Origin: Candidatus Colwellbacteria bacterium CG10_big_fil_rev_8_21_14_0_10_42_22
GTDB taxonomy: Bacteria; Patescibacteriota; Minisyncoccia; UBA6257; Colwellbacteraceae
NCBI GenBank assembly: GCA_002773725.1
Contig: PFAH01000002.1
Coordinates: forward strand, 59,590-123,589
Direction: 5' to 3'
Length of the DNA stretch: 64,000 nucleotides
Positions 28,296-38,008 of this stretch are shown here, piece by piece (position 1 is the first letter of the stretch; each line of letters opens with the position of its first letter). Made by a program: the position numbers and the translations under genes. The notes below the pieces were generated by a model. That model saw only the letters and a program-made list of their open reading frames with translations, had not been told where the DNA came from and ran no database searches.

Positions 28296-30848
28296 CTATA
28301 TTTCCCCATATAAAAAGCTATGTATTATATCTAGATCTTCTTCATTAATCACAGCATCCTGGTTGCTAACCAAATAAACCATCCCTCCGGTATTCCCCAG
28401 CGCCTGACTCCAAGACATATCCACCCCCTCACAAGGGATGGCTCCACTACAATTCAGCCCAATCACAAATTCTTCACCGCTCTCAACTTGATGGCCACTT
28501 TCAAAGTTTTTCTTTTTGAGATTAGTAAAATCGCCGGTCGTACTTAGATACTGAATGGAATAACTTTCTAAAATCACGGTTGAGCTACCGTTGTTTTTAA
28601 TCACTATCCTTTCTTGACCCTCATCAGCCCCTTCTACATCGTAGATGACTTCTTCTATCTCTAGGTTTAAAATTTCTTCGTTTGTATCACTCTCCCCATT
28701 TCCATTACTATCTTCTTCTAATTCTGGCGACGAGTCGCCCTCGTTTTCGTCTTGGTCTTCATCTTGATCTTCTTCTTCGGACTCATCCTCAATTTCATTA
28801 TTGCCTGAATTTTCTGACCCAGGCGTGCCCATAACTCCATTTTCGCCAGCACCAAGATATGTTTGCCACGCGCCTACCCCTGCTCTTTCCGCTGTTTTAT
28901 AGTCCGGCGAAGCAGTTCCACCGATGTTTATCCAACTAGAACCAACATCCACTACCTCGTCCACCAAGTTACATGAAGCATCAAAAAGGCGCAGATTCTC
29001 ATCCTCGTTTTGAAGAACGCCCGTATATGTATAATCAACACCCACACCTCCAATAAAATAAGAACCGTTGAGGTCATCTGTTGTTAAAATTCTTTTTAAT
29101 AGGATATATTCGTCTATCCTATCATCCGTTCCAAACTCAATTTGTATTTCCCTATTCTTATCAAGCAACTGCCACCCCGAAAGAGATAATCCTCCCTGAA
29201 TGGATGTGTATAGCTCAAACCATTCCTCATTCGTAGAAGAGGCGCTCCCCGCCCAAGCTATTTCATTTATATAAACAATGTGGGTTGGTGAACTTAAGTC
29301 ATCTTGAGAACAAAAACTAGTTTCTTCCTCTGGAGAACTTTCTATATCTGGCGAACTAGAAGAACCACTCGATCCACCAGAACCACCACCCGAAGGTATT
29401 GTAATAATTTCGGGCGTACTATTTTGACTCCTAGGTGTTCCCATTACCCCTCCATTTCCCGAACCACTATAGGTGTGCCAATTTTCAATATCGGTTCTCT
29501 CTGCAGTTCTATAGTCGGGTGAGGCGGTCCCACCAACACGATTCCAATTACTTCCCACATCGCTCACCCTATCTACTAGACGACAAGATTCGTCAAAAAG
29601 CATTAGTGATTCCTCGCTATTTTGAATTACTCCCGTATAGGTCCTATCTGCCACGACGCCACCAACTTTATATTCTTTACTTGGATCATCGGTTGATAGA
29701 ATTCTCTTAAGTAGCAAATAATTATCTATCGCATCTTGTTTATTAAAAATGATTACGATTGAGGACTCTTTATCTAACAATTGCCAGCCGTCTAAATCAA
29801 TTTCTTTGTTTGTCGGATTATAAAGCTCTATCCATTCTTCCGATGTATTTTCGCTTTTCCCCGCCCAAGCAACTTCATTAATCAATATTTCATATGTGGG
29901 CATTGATGGCACTCCTTGGGAACACAGAGAAAACTTACTGCTTATGGACTCTGCTTCTGTCTTTTGCTTATCTTCATATTCATTAACTATTTCAACCACC
30001 GCCATGCTATTCTCGCGTCCAGGCGTTCCTAAAATACTGTCAATCAAAGCACCGCTATATGTATGCCAGTCCAAATCCGGACTACGCTCCATAGACCTTC
30101 TATTTTGGGCGTCTCCCGCTAGCCAAGAACCCTCCACAATTACCTCATCTTCAAGAAGACATTCTTTATTAAACAATCTTAACCCCTCATTTTCATTAGA
30201 AAGATTTCCACTATATATCAAATCAGCTATCTCGCCCGGCACGCTATCATCGTCTGTTCGCTCAAGTAAATAGAAACTTCTGGGAAGTATGATCGACCCT
30301 TCGGGAAACAATATCTTTATTTGATCGTCTTTATCCACCAGCAGCCAACCGCTCAAATCAATTGATCTATCAGATATATTTTTAAGTTCAATCCACTCAT
30401 CGCTAGCGCTTAAATCTTCGCTGTCCAAGCCCCCCATCCAAGCTATTTCGTTTATCAAAATAGTGTTTCTTTGCGTTTTACCACCTTGGCCATAGAAACA
30501 CCTAGTACCTAAAACATTGTTTTTATTCAATGTGTCTTTCTTTTGATTAATGTGAGCAGGGGCGCTGTCTGATATAATTCTGTCCGGCTCTTTAGACAAA
30601 ACATTGTTTGGTGAGAACTGATCAACATTCACCACTTCTACAAATTGTCCTTTATTAGGAAAAATTTCTTCCCACGCTTCTAAAAAAGCGGCTAAGAACT
30701 TCGGCGGTGCGTCCATATTGCCGGCTGTATATCCAAAGATTCCGACTAGAATAATCGACGTCACCCAAAAAGTAGGCAATAGATATCCCTTAAATGAGTT
30801 AATTTTTAAAACTTCCTCGTGAAACTCTTTTCCAAGAGGCCCCTCCAT
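28296..30848 (-). CDS. Membrane-anchored lamin-tail-domain (LTD) repeat protein
   Basis: Three INE.AW.G...EW.EL...GTPG.EN units plus a divergent fourth; N-terminal TM. Confidence 0.88.
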   Translation of the reverse strand: MEGPLGKEFHEEVLKINSFKGYLLPTFWVTSIILVGIFGYTAGNMDAPPKFLAAFLEAWEEIFPNKGQFVEVVNVDQFSPNNVLSKEPDRIISDSAPAHINQKKDTLNKNNVLGTRCFYGQGGKTQRNTILINEIAWMGGLDSEDLSASDEWIELKNISDRSIDLSGWLLVDKDDQIKILFPEGSIILPRSFYLLERTDDDSVPGEIADLIYSGNLSNENEGLRLFNKECLLEDEVIVEGSWLAGDAQNRRSMERSPDLDWHTYSGALIDSILGTPGRENSMAVVEIVNEYEDKQKTEAESISSKFSLCSQGVPSMPTYEILINEVAWAGKSENTSEEWIELYNPTNKEIDLDGWQLLDKESSIVIIFNKQDAIDNYLLLKRILSTDDPSKEYKVGGVVADRTYTGVIQNSEESLMLFDESCRLVDRVSDVGSNWNRVGGTASPDYRTAERTDIENWHTYSGSGNGGVMGTPRSQNSTPEIITIPSGGGSGGSSGSSSSPDIESSPEEETSFCSQDDLSSPTHIVYINEIAWAGSASSTNEEWFELYTSIQGGLSLSGWQLLDKNREIQIEFGTDDRIDEYILLKRILTTDDLNGSYFIGGVGVDYTYTGVLQNEDENLRLFDASCNLVDEVVDVGSSWINIGGTASPDYKTAERAGVGAWQTYLGAGENGVMGTPGSENSGNNEIEDESEEEDQDEDQDENEGDSSPELEEDSNGNGESDTNEEILNLEIEEVIYDVEGADEGQERIVIKNNGSSTVILESYSIQYLSTTGDFTNLKKKNFESGHQVESGEEFVIGLNCSGAIPCEGVDMSWSQALGNTGGMVYLVSNQDAVINEEDLDIIHSFLYGEI

Positions 30849-30887
30849 TAAAAATTATTATAACGAAAACCTGCTCGGTAAAATAAT

Positions 30888-31817
30888 CTATTCTGTAGGT
30901 TGGCTAGTTATTTGATCGTAGATGTCTAAAACTGCCTTAATAGCATCACCAGCGGAGATATTATTTTGCTTATACAAAACTTCCGATGCGTCACCGGCCG
31001 ACCAAATGCCAGAGTCGGAAGATTGCATAGTTTTGTGGTTCACCACAACTTCGTCTCGCTTATTAAGTTTCACTAGTTTTTTAACAATATCTGTATTGGG
31101 CACAGAGCCGATTTCTACAAACACACCTTCTAATTTTAATTCTACATCTTCTCCGGAATTCATATCTTTATATTTGAGTCCGGACACAAACTGCTTACCC
31201 ACAATCTCTTGGATATCTACACCAAACCTAATCTCTACTTTATCGGACTCTTCTATTTTCTTTTTAGTAACCGCGTCTCCTCGAAGATGGCCGTTTTTTT
31301 CTAGTAAATAAATCTTGGAAGCATAGGGCATCAAATCTATAACCGATTCCAAACCGGCATTACCTCCTCCCACTACCGCCACTACTTTGTTTTTAAAAAG
31401 AGGTGCATCGCATGTAGCGCAATAAGCTACTCCTTTACCGTCGAACTCTTCTCCTCCCGGCACATCTAACCGACGCCTCCTACTACCCGATACAAGCAAT
31501 ATTCTCTCCGTCTCGTATTCTTTGCCATCTCTAGTCGCCACCTTGAAATGATTCTCGCCTAATTTTTTTATTTTGATAACTCTATCACCTTCTAGGAGGT
31601 CAATATCTTTTTGCGCCTTAAGATGCCCTTCCAAATTATTAGCTAGTTCAAGACCAGAAATGGATTTGGTTCCAATCCAATTTTGGATATCATCCGACAC
31701 AACTGATTGCCCGCCAAACTCTTCGGCAATCAACAGGGTTTTTATTTTCTTTCTGGCGGCATAAACACCCGCAGCCACTCCTCCAGGGCCACCGCCGATA
31801 ATAATTAGCTGATACAT
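30888..31817 (-). CDS. trxB: Thioredoxin-disulfide reductase (TrxB/AhpF C-terminal type)
   Basis: GGGPGG, CATCDAPLF, VVGGGNAG, SAGD. Confidence 0.9.
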   Translation of the reverse strand: MYQLIIIGGGPGGVAAGVYAARKKIKTLLIAEEFGGQSVVSDDIQNWIGTKSISGLELANNLEGHLKAQKDIDLLEGDRVIKIKKLGENHFKVATRDGKEYETERILLVSGSRRRRLDVPGGEEFDGKGVAYCATCDAPLFKNKVVAVVGGGNAGLESVIDLMPYASKIYLLEKNGHLRGDAVTKKKIEESDKVEIRFGVDIQEIVGKQFVSGLKYKDMNSGEDVELKLEGVFVEIGSVPNTDIVKKLVKLNKRDEVVVNHKTMQSSDSGIWSAGDASEVLYKQNNISAGDAIKAVLDIYDQITSQPTE

Positions 31818-31850
31818 GGAGTTATATTTTAACGGATGCTCTTACAAAAT

Positions 31851-31877
31851 AAAACCTCCCCATAAGGGGGAGGTTTT
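31851..31877 (-). terminator. Intrinsic terminator
   Basis: AAAACCTCCCC-loop-GGGGAGGTTTT. Confidence 0.8.
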
Positions 31878-31901
31878 ATTTAATCCGATTGAATTACTAA
31901 T

Positions 31902-32183
31902 TTAGACAACTGGAGGCGCTTCCTCTGCAGGAGCTTCCTCATCAGCTGGCATAACTTCGGCTGGGGTCTCTACTGCAGGAGCTTCGGGAGCTGGTTCTGG
32001 AGCAGCCATTGGCTCTGTAGTAGGAGCATCTATTTCATCAGCAGTAGGGGCGTCAGTAGCAGGAGTTGCTACTGGGTCCATTGCTGAATCGTCTTGTAAT
32101 CTAATGTCCATTGGTATGTTACAAACCGGGCAGACTCCGGCTTCTCTACTAATCCGCTTGCATTGTCGGCATTCGTAAGCCAT
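31902..32183 (-). CDS. Small Zn-ribbon/rubredoxin-like protein with an acidic Pro/Ala/Glu tail
   Basis: YECRQC...CPVCNIPM then a PAE-rich tail. Confidence 0.75.
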   Translation of the reverse strand: MAYECRQCKRISREAGVCPVCNIPMDIRLQDDSAMDPVATPATDAPTADEIDAPTTEPMAAPEPAPEAPAVETPAEVMPADEEAPAEEAPPVV

Positions 32184-32197
32184 AACTGCCCGAAGTT

Positions 32198-32431
32198 TTA
32201 AGCGACCTTTATTGCTTTCTCAAGCTTCGTTCGATTGAAGCCTACAAGAATCTCTCCATCAATGTCAAATACAGGCACAGACATCTGCTGTGACTTACTC
32301 ATCATTTCCTTCATGGCCTTATCGTCTTTTGTGATGTCAACTTCAGTAAAAGAAATGTTTTTTGTTTTGAAAAACTCCTTAGCCACCTTGCAGTACTTAC
32401 AAAAGGGTGTTGTGTACATCTTTATAGTCAT
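32198..32431 (-). CDS. Glutaredoxin / NrdH-like redoxin
   Basis: YTTPFCKYC, SVPV, VGFN. Confidence 0.92.
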   Translation of the reverse strand: MTIKMYTTPFCKYCKVAKEFFKTKNISFTEVDITKDDKAMKEMMSKSQQMSVPVFDIDGEILVGFNRTKLEKAIKVA

Positions 32432-32447
32432 AATCTTTCTAGTTAGC

Positions 32448-32849
32448 TTATTGAGCAGGCACTTCCTTTAACTTTTGGATAACGTTCATTACCTGACTGT
32501 CTTTACCAATCTTAGCCGTAAATATAATTTGGGCGCGGTTTAGCTGAAGTTTGTCGGGTCCCCAAAAGGCGATGAGGTTTAGGGGCACCACTTGAAGTGA
32601 TGTTTGGTCTGGATTCTCAGCATCGGCAACCGGCTGGATAACGTGGACGTCTCTCAACTCAAAATGTGGAAACCTATAGAGCTGGCCAAAGTACGTATCG
32701 CCATTAGAAAGGTGAACAGCAACATAGGGCCTTTCAAAAATTTTGTCCCAATACAAAAAACCAATTACTATCAACACGCCAATTAAAAGCACCAGTAGTA
32801 TAGCTGTTAATCTTTGACTCATTAATCCTTTGTTTATTCTTCCTGGCAT
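32448..32849 (-). CDS. Membrane-anchored hypothetical protein; start uncertain
   Basis: TM then YVAVHLSNGDTYFGQL...GP...LNRAQI; start placed downstream of the divergent flippase overlap. Confidence 0.7.
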   Translation of the reverse strand: MPGRINKGLMSQRLTAILLVLLIGVLIVIGFLYWDKIFERPYVAVHLSNGDTYFGQLYRFPHFELRDVHVIQPVADAENPDQTSLQVVPLNLIAFWGPDKLQLNRAQIIFTAKIGKDSQVMNVIQKLKEVPAQ

Positions 32850-32894
32850 GTTTATAGATTGAACACTAGTCATTATAAATCTATGATTAGAGAT

Positions 32895-34355
32895 ATGGCA
32901 AACTCCAAGTTGGGGAAATTCCTTTTTCACAACACAACTACTTCTCAAACCATAGCTAAAAACACGTTTTGGCTTTCTTTTGGTGAAATCTTTGGACGAT
33001 TCTTAAGAGTTATCCTTATATTCTCTGCTGCCCGCATTTTGGGAGTAGCGGGTTGGGGTACTTTTTCTTATATGGTAAGTATGGCAGCTATTTTAACTGT
33101 CTTTTCAGATATTGGACTCACTAGCATTGTAGTAAGGGAGGGTTCTAAAAACAGTGAATTGCGAAAAACATATTTTGCAACCTCTCTATTCTTAAAACTA
33201 ATCTTAATCTTTCTAAGTTTTCTGTTGATTGTTTTTGTGACTCCCCGCATTAGTGATATAGGTCTTTCTCCAATATTAGTTTATGCAGTCGGGTTCTTAA
33301 TGGTATTTGATGCCTTGCGCGTTTTTGGAAACTCTATTTTTAGATCTGAACAACAAATGCAATTTGAGGCCGGCACCAACATTTTTACACAAGTATCAAT
33401 ATTCAGTTTGGGATTTTATGTTCTGCTTAGAAATCCTTCGCCGGAATTATTGGCGGTAGCTTATGCGGCTGGTTCCGGTATCGGTTTGTTGGTTATTACC
33501 TTTCTAATCAGAAAATATATTAAGGTGGTTTTCAAATATTTCCGTAGAGATATTATCAAAAATATTTTGGCATATAGCTGGCCGATAGGATTTTCTGCCA
33601 TCTTTGGGGGATTAATGGTGAACATAGACACCGTTATGGTTGGTTGGTTTAGAGACGCAACGCATGTCGGGCTATATGCGGCTGCCCAAAAACCTATTGC
33701 CTTTCTTTATTTGTTGCCAGCACTTATAGCTGGAGCGCTTTTCCCAGTTTTAGCCAAGAGGGCAGAAAAGGACAAAGATGGGTTTAGGAAGGTATTGGAG
33801 AACGGAGTTGCCGCCACCCTGCTAGTTGCCTATCCAATAGTGGTTGGTCTGTTGATGACAGCCGATCAGATAGTTAATTTCGTTTATGGACAAGATTATC
33901 TTCTCTCTGCAGGTCCTTTGCGCATCTTGGCAATGACACTAATTATAACTTTTCCAAGCACCATCATAGTTCACGCCTTCATAGCATATAATCGTCAAAA
34001 GGAGCTGGTGCCGTTATGGACGATGGGCACAATTTTTAATATCTTAACCAATTTTATGCTCATACCTATCTTTGGTATTGTCGGAGCCGCCTGGACAAGC
34101 TTTTTCACTCAAGTGGGAGTAAACACTGTTCTTTGGAGAAAAATGATTAAAATCAACCCCTTTGTTGTTCATAGAAGAATGAAAACAATTTTATTAGCGT
34201 CTCTTTTAATGGCTTTAGCTGTAATGATAACTAGGTCGCTTGGATTGCATGTATTATTAACTGTGGGGGTGGCTTGTGCGGTCTATTTCGCATCGCTCTT
34301 AGCTCTTAAAGACCACACTCTTTTGGAAATTAAATCAATTATTAGAACCCAATAA
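32895..34355 (+). CDS. wzx: Wzx-type polysaccharide flippase
   Basis: KNTFW, ARILG...GTFS, DIGL, VGLYAAA, GIVGAAW; many TM helices. Confidence 0.9.
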   Translation: MANSKLGKFLFHNTTTSQTIAKNTFWLSFGEIFGRFLRVILIFSAARILGVAGWGTFSYMVSMAAILTVFSDIGLTSIVVREGSKNSELRKTYFATSLFLKLILIFLSFLLIVFVTPRISDIGLSPILVYAVGFLMVFDALRVFGNSIFRSEQQMQFEAGTNIFTQVSIFSLGFYVLLRNPSPELLAVAYAAGSGIGLLVITFLIRKYIKVVFKYFRRDIIKNILAYSWPIGFSAIFGGLMVNIDTVMVGWFRDATHVGLYAAAQKPIAFLYLLPALIAGALFPVLAKRAEKDKDGFRKVLENGVAATLLVAYPIVVGLLMTADQIVNFVYGQDYLLSAGPLRILAMTLIITFPSTIIVHAFIAYNRQKELVPLWTMGTIFNILTNFMLIPIFGIVGAAWTSFFTQVGVNTVLWRKMIKINPFVVHRRMKTILLASLLMALAVMITRSLGLHVLLTVGVACAVYFASLLALKDHTLLEIKSIIRTQ

Positions 34356-35036
34356 ATGATTCTTAACATAAACAAACCCGCCGGTATCACCTCTCACGAT
34401 GTTGTCGATAGGGTGCGTAAAATAACCGGCGTAAGAAAAGTTGGGCACGGCGGGACGCTTGATCCTTTTGCTACAGGTGTTTTAGTAGTCGGAGTCGGCA
34501 GAGAATCCACAAAAAAACTTGGCGAAATATCAAGAGGGACAGTTAAAGAATATGAGGCAACGATCGAGCTTGGTAAAACAAGCACCACCGGAGACCCCGA
34601 AGGCAAAATCATAAACACGGCTAATGAAGCAACCGTCAGTGCTATCGGTCTTCAAAGAGTTGAAGAAGTATTAGTTGGTTTCTTGGGAGAAACTTCTCAA
34701 ACGCCACCGATATATTCGGCTCTTAAAATAAAAGGTGTCCCTGCATATAAACTGGCGCGCAAAGGATTAATACCCAAACTTGAAAAAAGAGATATTAAAA
34801 TTGATGCACTAGAAATTGTTAAACATCATCCACCCTTCCTCCAAATCAGGGTGGCAGTTTCATCCGGAACCTATATAAGATCGTTAGCTGGAGATATAGG
34901 CAAAGCCCTTGGTGTTGGCGGTTATCTTAAAAAGCTCAAACGCACTCGAGTTGGGGAATACACCGTTGATCAAAGCCAAAATTTAGCAGATTTGCAAAAA
35001 GAATTTGTAAAGAGTAGTAGTAAATTAAATGAATAA
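34356..35036 (+). CDS. truB: tRNA pseudouridine(55) synthase, short form
   Basis: NKPAGITSHD, GHGGTLDPFATGVL, PPIYSALK, SGTYIRSL. Confidence 0.97.
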   Translation: MILNINKPAGITSHDVVDRVRKITGVRKVGHGGTLDPFATGVLVVGVGRESTKKLGEISRGTVKEYEATIELGKTSTTGDPEGKIINTANEATVSAIGLQRVEEVLVGFLGETSQTPPIYSALKIKGVPAYKLARKGLIPKLEKRDIKIDALEIVKHHPPFLQIRVAVSSGTYIRSLAGDIGKALGVGGYLKKLKRTRVGEYTVDQSQNLADLQKEFVKSSSKLNE

Positions 35037-36366
35037 GGGTCTTTTTAGAAAAACCTTACTTTTGTTGGGTGACTGGACGCTTCTTTACGCTTCTTTATTT
35101 GTATTAGTTCTTCTAAGGTATGGTGGGGATTGGTTGGCAAATTGGCGCCTTCACTTTAAACCTTTTTCTATCATTTTTCCCCTTTGGATATTATCAATCT
35201 ATGGAAACTATCTTTATGAAACAAGGTTTTTCAGGCAGAACCTAGATGCGCTAAGAGCTATGGGGGTGTCCATTTTTATAGCTCTTGTCACGAGTATTTC
35301 GGCATTTTACCTATTTCCACCCGGCCTCATACACCCTAGACGAAACTTGGTTATTTTTGCACTTATTTATGGTGTAACCATTGTTATTTGGAGAGCAATT
35401 TTCTATAGAATTCTTCGCAATAGCATCGAAACAAAGCTTCTCTTTTTGGGGGGAGGAAAAGAAGTCAAAGAACTCATCGTCTTCTTTAAGAAAAATCCTC
35501 ATCTTAAATACGACAATCGAGGCGTTTTTGATAAACCGCCCAGCAATTTTAAAGAAGTGACTGAAAAAATTAGCAAAGAAGGTGTCCGTTTAATAGTGGT
35601 TAAACCAGACCAAAGATCACACTCCATCAAAAACCTATTCTCGCTTCTATCTAGCGACGTGGTTGTAATTGACTTAAGCACTTTCTATGAACAAATATTT
35701 AATAAGGTAGCTCCAGGACTCGCTGACGACGCTTGGTTTATTAAAAATATGGAGAATGTCAGTTTGGGTGTCTATGAATTTGGCAAAAGAATTGTTGACC
35801 TTATAATTGGTCTTTTTGGAACCATTCTTTTTATCGTTTCCTACATACCATTGGCAATAGCTATAAAGCTTGAGTCAAAAGGACCAGTCATCTTTAAACA
35901 AAAGCGAGTCGGCAAAGGTGGTGAAGTTTTTAATATCTATAAATTTAGAAGTATGGAAGCACTCAGCCGAGATGGTTCAGCTGAAACTTCGGGAGCAACC
36001 TGGGCTAAGGTCGATGACAAAAGAATCACAACGGTTGGAAAACTTATGAGAAAAATGCGCTTGGATGAATTACCCCAATTCTGGAATATTCTAATTGGGG
36101 ATATGAGTTTTGTGGGTCCTCGACCAGAACGTCCAGAGTTTGTGGAATCACTGGCACAAAAAATTCCCTATTATAATATGCGTCACTTAGTAAAACCGGG
36201 GCTTACTGGTTGGGCACAGATCAACTACAAATACGGAGATAGCGTTAAAGATGCGGGTATAAAATTAGAATATGATATCTTCTATGCCAAAAAACGCTCT
36301 CTGACGCTGGATTTAGCAATTTTTTTAAAGACCATCAAGGTTATCTTAACTAGACAGGGGCAATAA
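35029..36366 (+). CDS. Polyprenyl glycosylphosphotransferase (WcaJ/WbaP family)
   Basis: YKFRSM, LDELPQ, GDMSFVGPRPE, KPGLTGWAQI. Confidence 0.95.
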   Translation: MNKGLFRKTLLLLGDWTLLYASLFVLVLLRYGGDWLANWRLHFKPFSIIFPLWILSIYGNYLYETRFFRQNLDALRAMGVSIFIALVTSISAFYLFPPGLIHPRRNLVIFALIYGVTIVIWRAIFYRILRNSIETKLLFLGGGKEVKELIVFFKKNPHLKYDNRGVFDKPPSNFKEVTEKISKEGVRLIVVKPDQRSHSIKNLFSLLSSDVVVIDLSTFYEQIFNKVAPGLADDAWFIKNMENVSLGVYEFGKRIVDLIIGLFGTILFIVSYIPLAIAIKLESKGPVIFKQKRVGKGGEVFNIYKFRSMEALSRDGSAETSGATWAKVDDKRITTVGKLMRKMRLDELPQFWNILIGDMSFVGPRPERPEFVESLAQKIPYYNMRHLVKPGLTGWAQINYKYGDSVKDAGIKLEYDIFYAKKRSLTLDLAIFLKTIKVILTRQGQ

Positions 36367-36378
36367 ACCTTTCTCTGA

Positions 36379-37200
36379 TTAACCTCTTTTGTAGATTGAG
36401 AAAATTCTGACCTTAATAATCTTAGGCATTAAATTGTAAAAAACATACAAAACGTTTCTTATATAAGAAAAGATTAAGTATTTGGAATACCCTGGATAAT
36501 TTTTTCCGTATTTTTTAATTAATTTGGTATTTTTTGATAACTGTTCTTTCTTGTTTTGAGAGCTAATGCCACCGCTATCTAAAAGAAAGGATGTGCAGTT
36601 ATGATTAATCCCTGCAAACTTTGCATGCCCCCCAACACGCAACCAAAGATCATAGTCCTCTAGATGTAGCGTCTCTTCAGATTCTGAATATCCTCCGAGC
36701 TTCACAACTAGATCTTTTCTAAACATAACCGATGCATGAATATAGGGATTCTTCTTTAAAATTTTCCTCCTTATCTCGCTATCCTTAGTGGCCAGCTCGT
36801 ATTTAAAAAGTTCGTTACCTACTTTATCTATGATTATTGCCCCCGTACCAACAACACCAATATCAGGATTAGAATCTAAAAACTCGACTTGTCTTTGTAG
36901 TTTGTCTTTACAATTCCACCAATCATCATCGTCTAATCGAGCAACATATTCACCTTTCGATTCTTTGAGGCCTCTATTTAAGGTTTTTTGGATGCGTAAA
37001 TTTTTCTCATTTTTAAGAACTCTAACTCGCGAATCATCAAGGTATTTCTTTTCGATAGTAGCATCAATCGCTGGACTAGAGCCGTCGTCAATGATAATCA
37101 ATTCCCAATCAACATATGTTTGCTCAAAAACACTACCAATTGCTCTGTTTATAAACTGATGCCCATTATAAGTGGGCAGGACTATAGATACTTTAGGCAT
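36379..37200 (-). CDS. GT2 glycosyltransferase
   Basis: VSIVLPTYN, IIIDDGS, LDDDD, EDYDLW. Confidence 0.93.
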   Translation of the reverse strand: MPKVSIVLPTYNGHQFINRAIGSVFEQTYVDWELIIIDDGSSPAIDATIEKKYLDDSRVRVLKNEKNLRIQKTLNRGLKESKGEYVARLDDDDWWNCKDKLQRQVEFLDSNPDIGVVGTGAIIIDKVGNELFKYELATKDSEIRRKILKKNPYIHASVMFRKDLVVKLGGYSESEETLHLEDYDLWLRVGGHAKFAGINHNCTSFLLDSGGISSQNKKEQLSKNTKLIKKYGKNYPGYSKYLIFSYIRNVLYVFYNLMPKIIKVRIFSIYKRG

Positions 37201-37887
37201 CTATTGAATAGAGGCATATCTTTCGGGAGTTCCAATATCTAAGAAGTCATCTTCTATAACGTGACCATAGCACGGTTTTTCTGCAACTATCTTCGGAAAG
37301 AAATCATACTCAATTGAGAATTTGCCATCGGGCATAGAGAGTAAAAGTTCTTTCTCAAAGATATACTGTCCAACCGATACCAAGGCCTTTTCTACTTTTT
37401 CACTTTTCTCAATAAAATCTAAAATTTTATAATCATCGCCTATAACAACAGATCCAAGATCTCTATTCTTTTGTTTCGTCAAAAGCAAGCTAAGAGCGCT
37501 TCCTTTCTCCAAATGGCTATTCAAAAAATCGTGGTGGTGAGCTTTGAAAATGATGTCTCCATTTAGAGTAAAAAACCTGTTTCCTTCGATGTGGTGTCCC
37601 GCCAACTTAATAGCCCCACCTGTTCCAAGCTCTTCTTCTTCCTTAGATATTATGAAATCTATATCCCTATATTTACCGCGAAGCTCTTTATTCAAATATT
37701 CTTCTATTTTTTCAGATAAATGCCCTGTGGCCAGAATAATCTTCTTGACTGGTCCTTGTTTGACCAAATCATCTATCATCAAATCTAAAATTGTTCCCTT
37801 ACGAGTGGGCGCTAACACTTTCGGCATATCACTTAAAACCGAATTAATCCTCGTTCCCTTGCCGCCACAAAGTATAATTGCTTCCAT
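37201..37887 (-). CDS. hddC: Heptose-1-phosphate guanylyltransferase-like nucleotidyltransferase
   Basis: LCGGKGTR, PKVL, LGTGGA, LNGD, FLDIGTPE; in a locus with hddA and gmhA. Confidence 0.75.
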   Translation of the reverse strand: MEAIILCGGKGTRINSVLSDMPKVLAPTRKGTILDLMIDDLVKQGPVKKIILATGHLSEKIEEYLNKELRGKYRDIDFIISKEEEELGTGGAIKLAGHHIEGNRFFTLNGDIIFKAHHHDFLNSHLEKGSALSLLLTKQKNRDLGSVVIGDDYKILDFIEKSEKVEKALVSVGQYIFEKELLLSMPDGKFSIEYDFFPKIVAEKPCYGHVIEDDFLDIGTPERYASIQ

Positions 37888-38008
37888 ACTCTTAATCTTT
37901 TATATAGGGTTTATCTATAATCCGTCTCAATATCGCAGTCTATATCTTTGTTGCGCGAAACGTCAATAATAACAGGAAGGGCTGTGTGGTGTTTGTAATT
38001 AAACGTTT

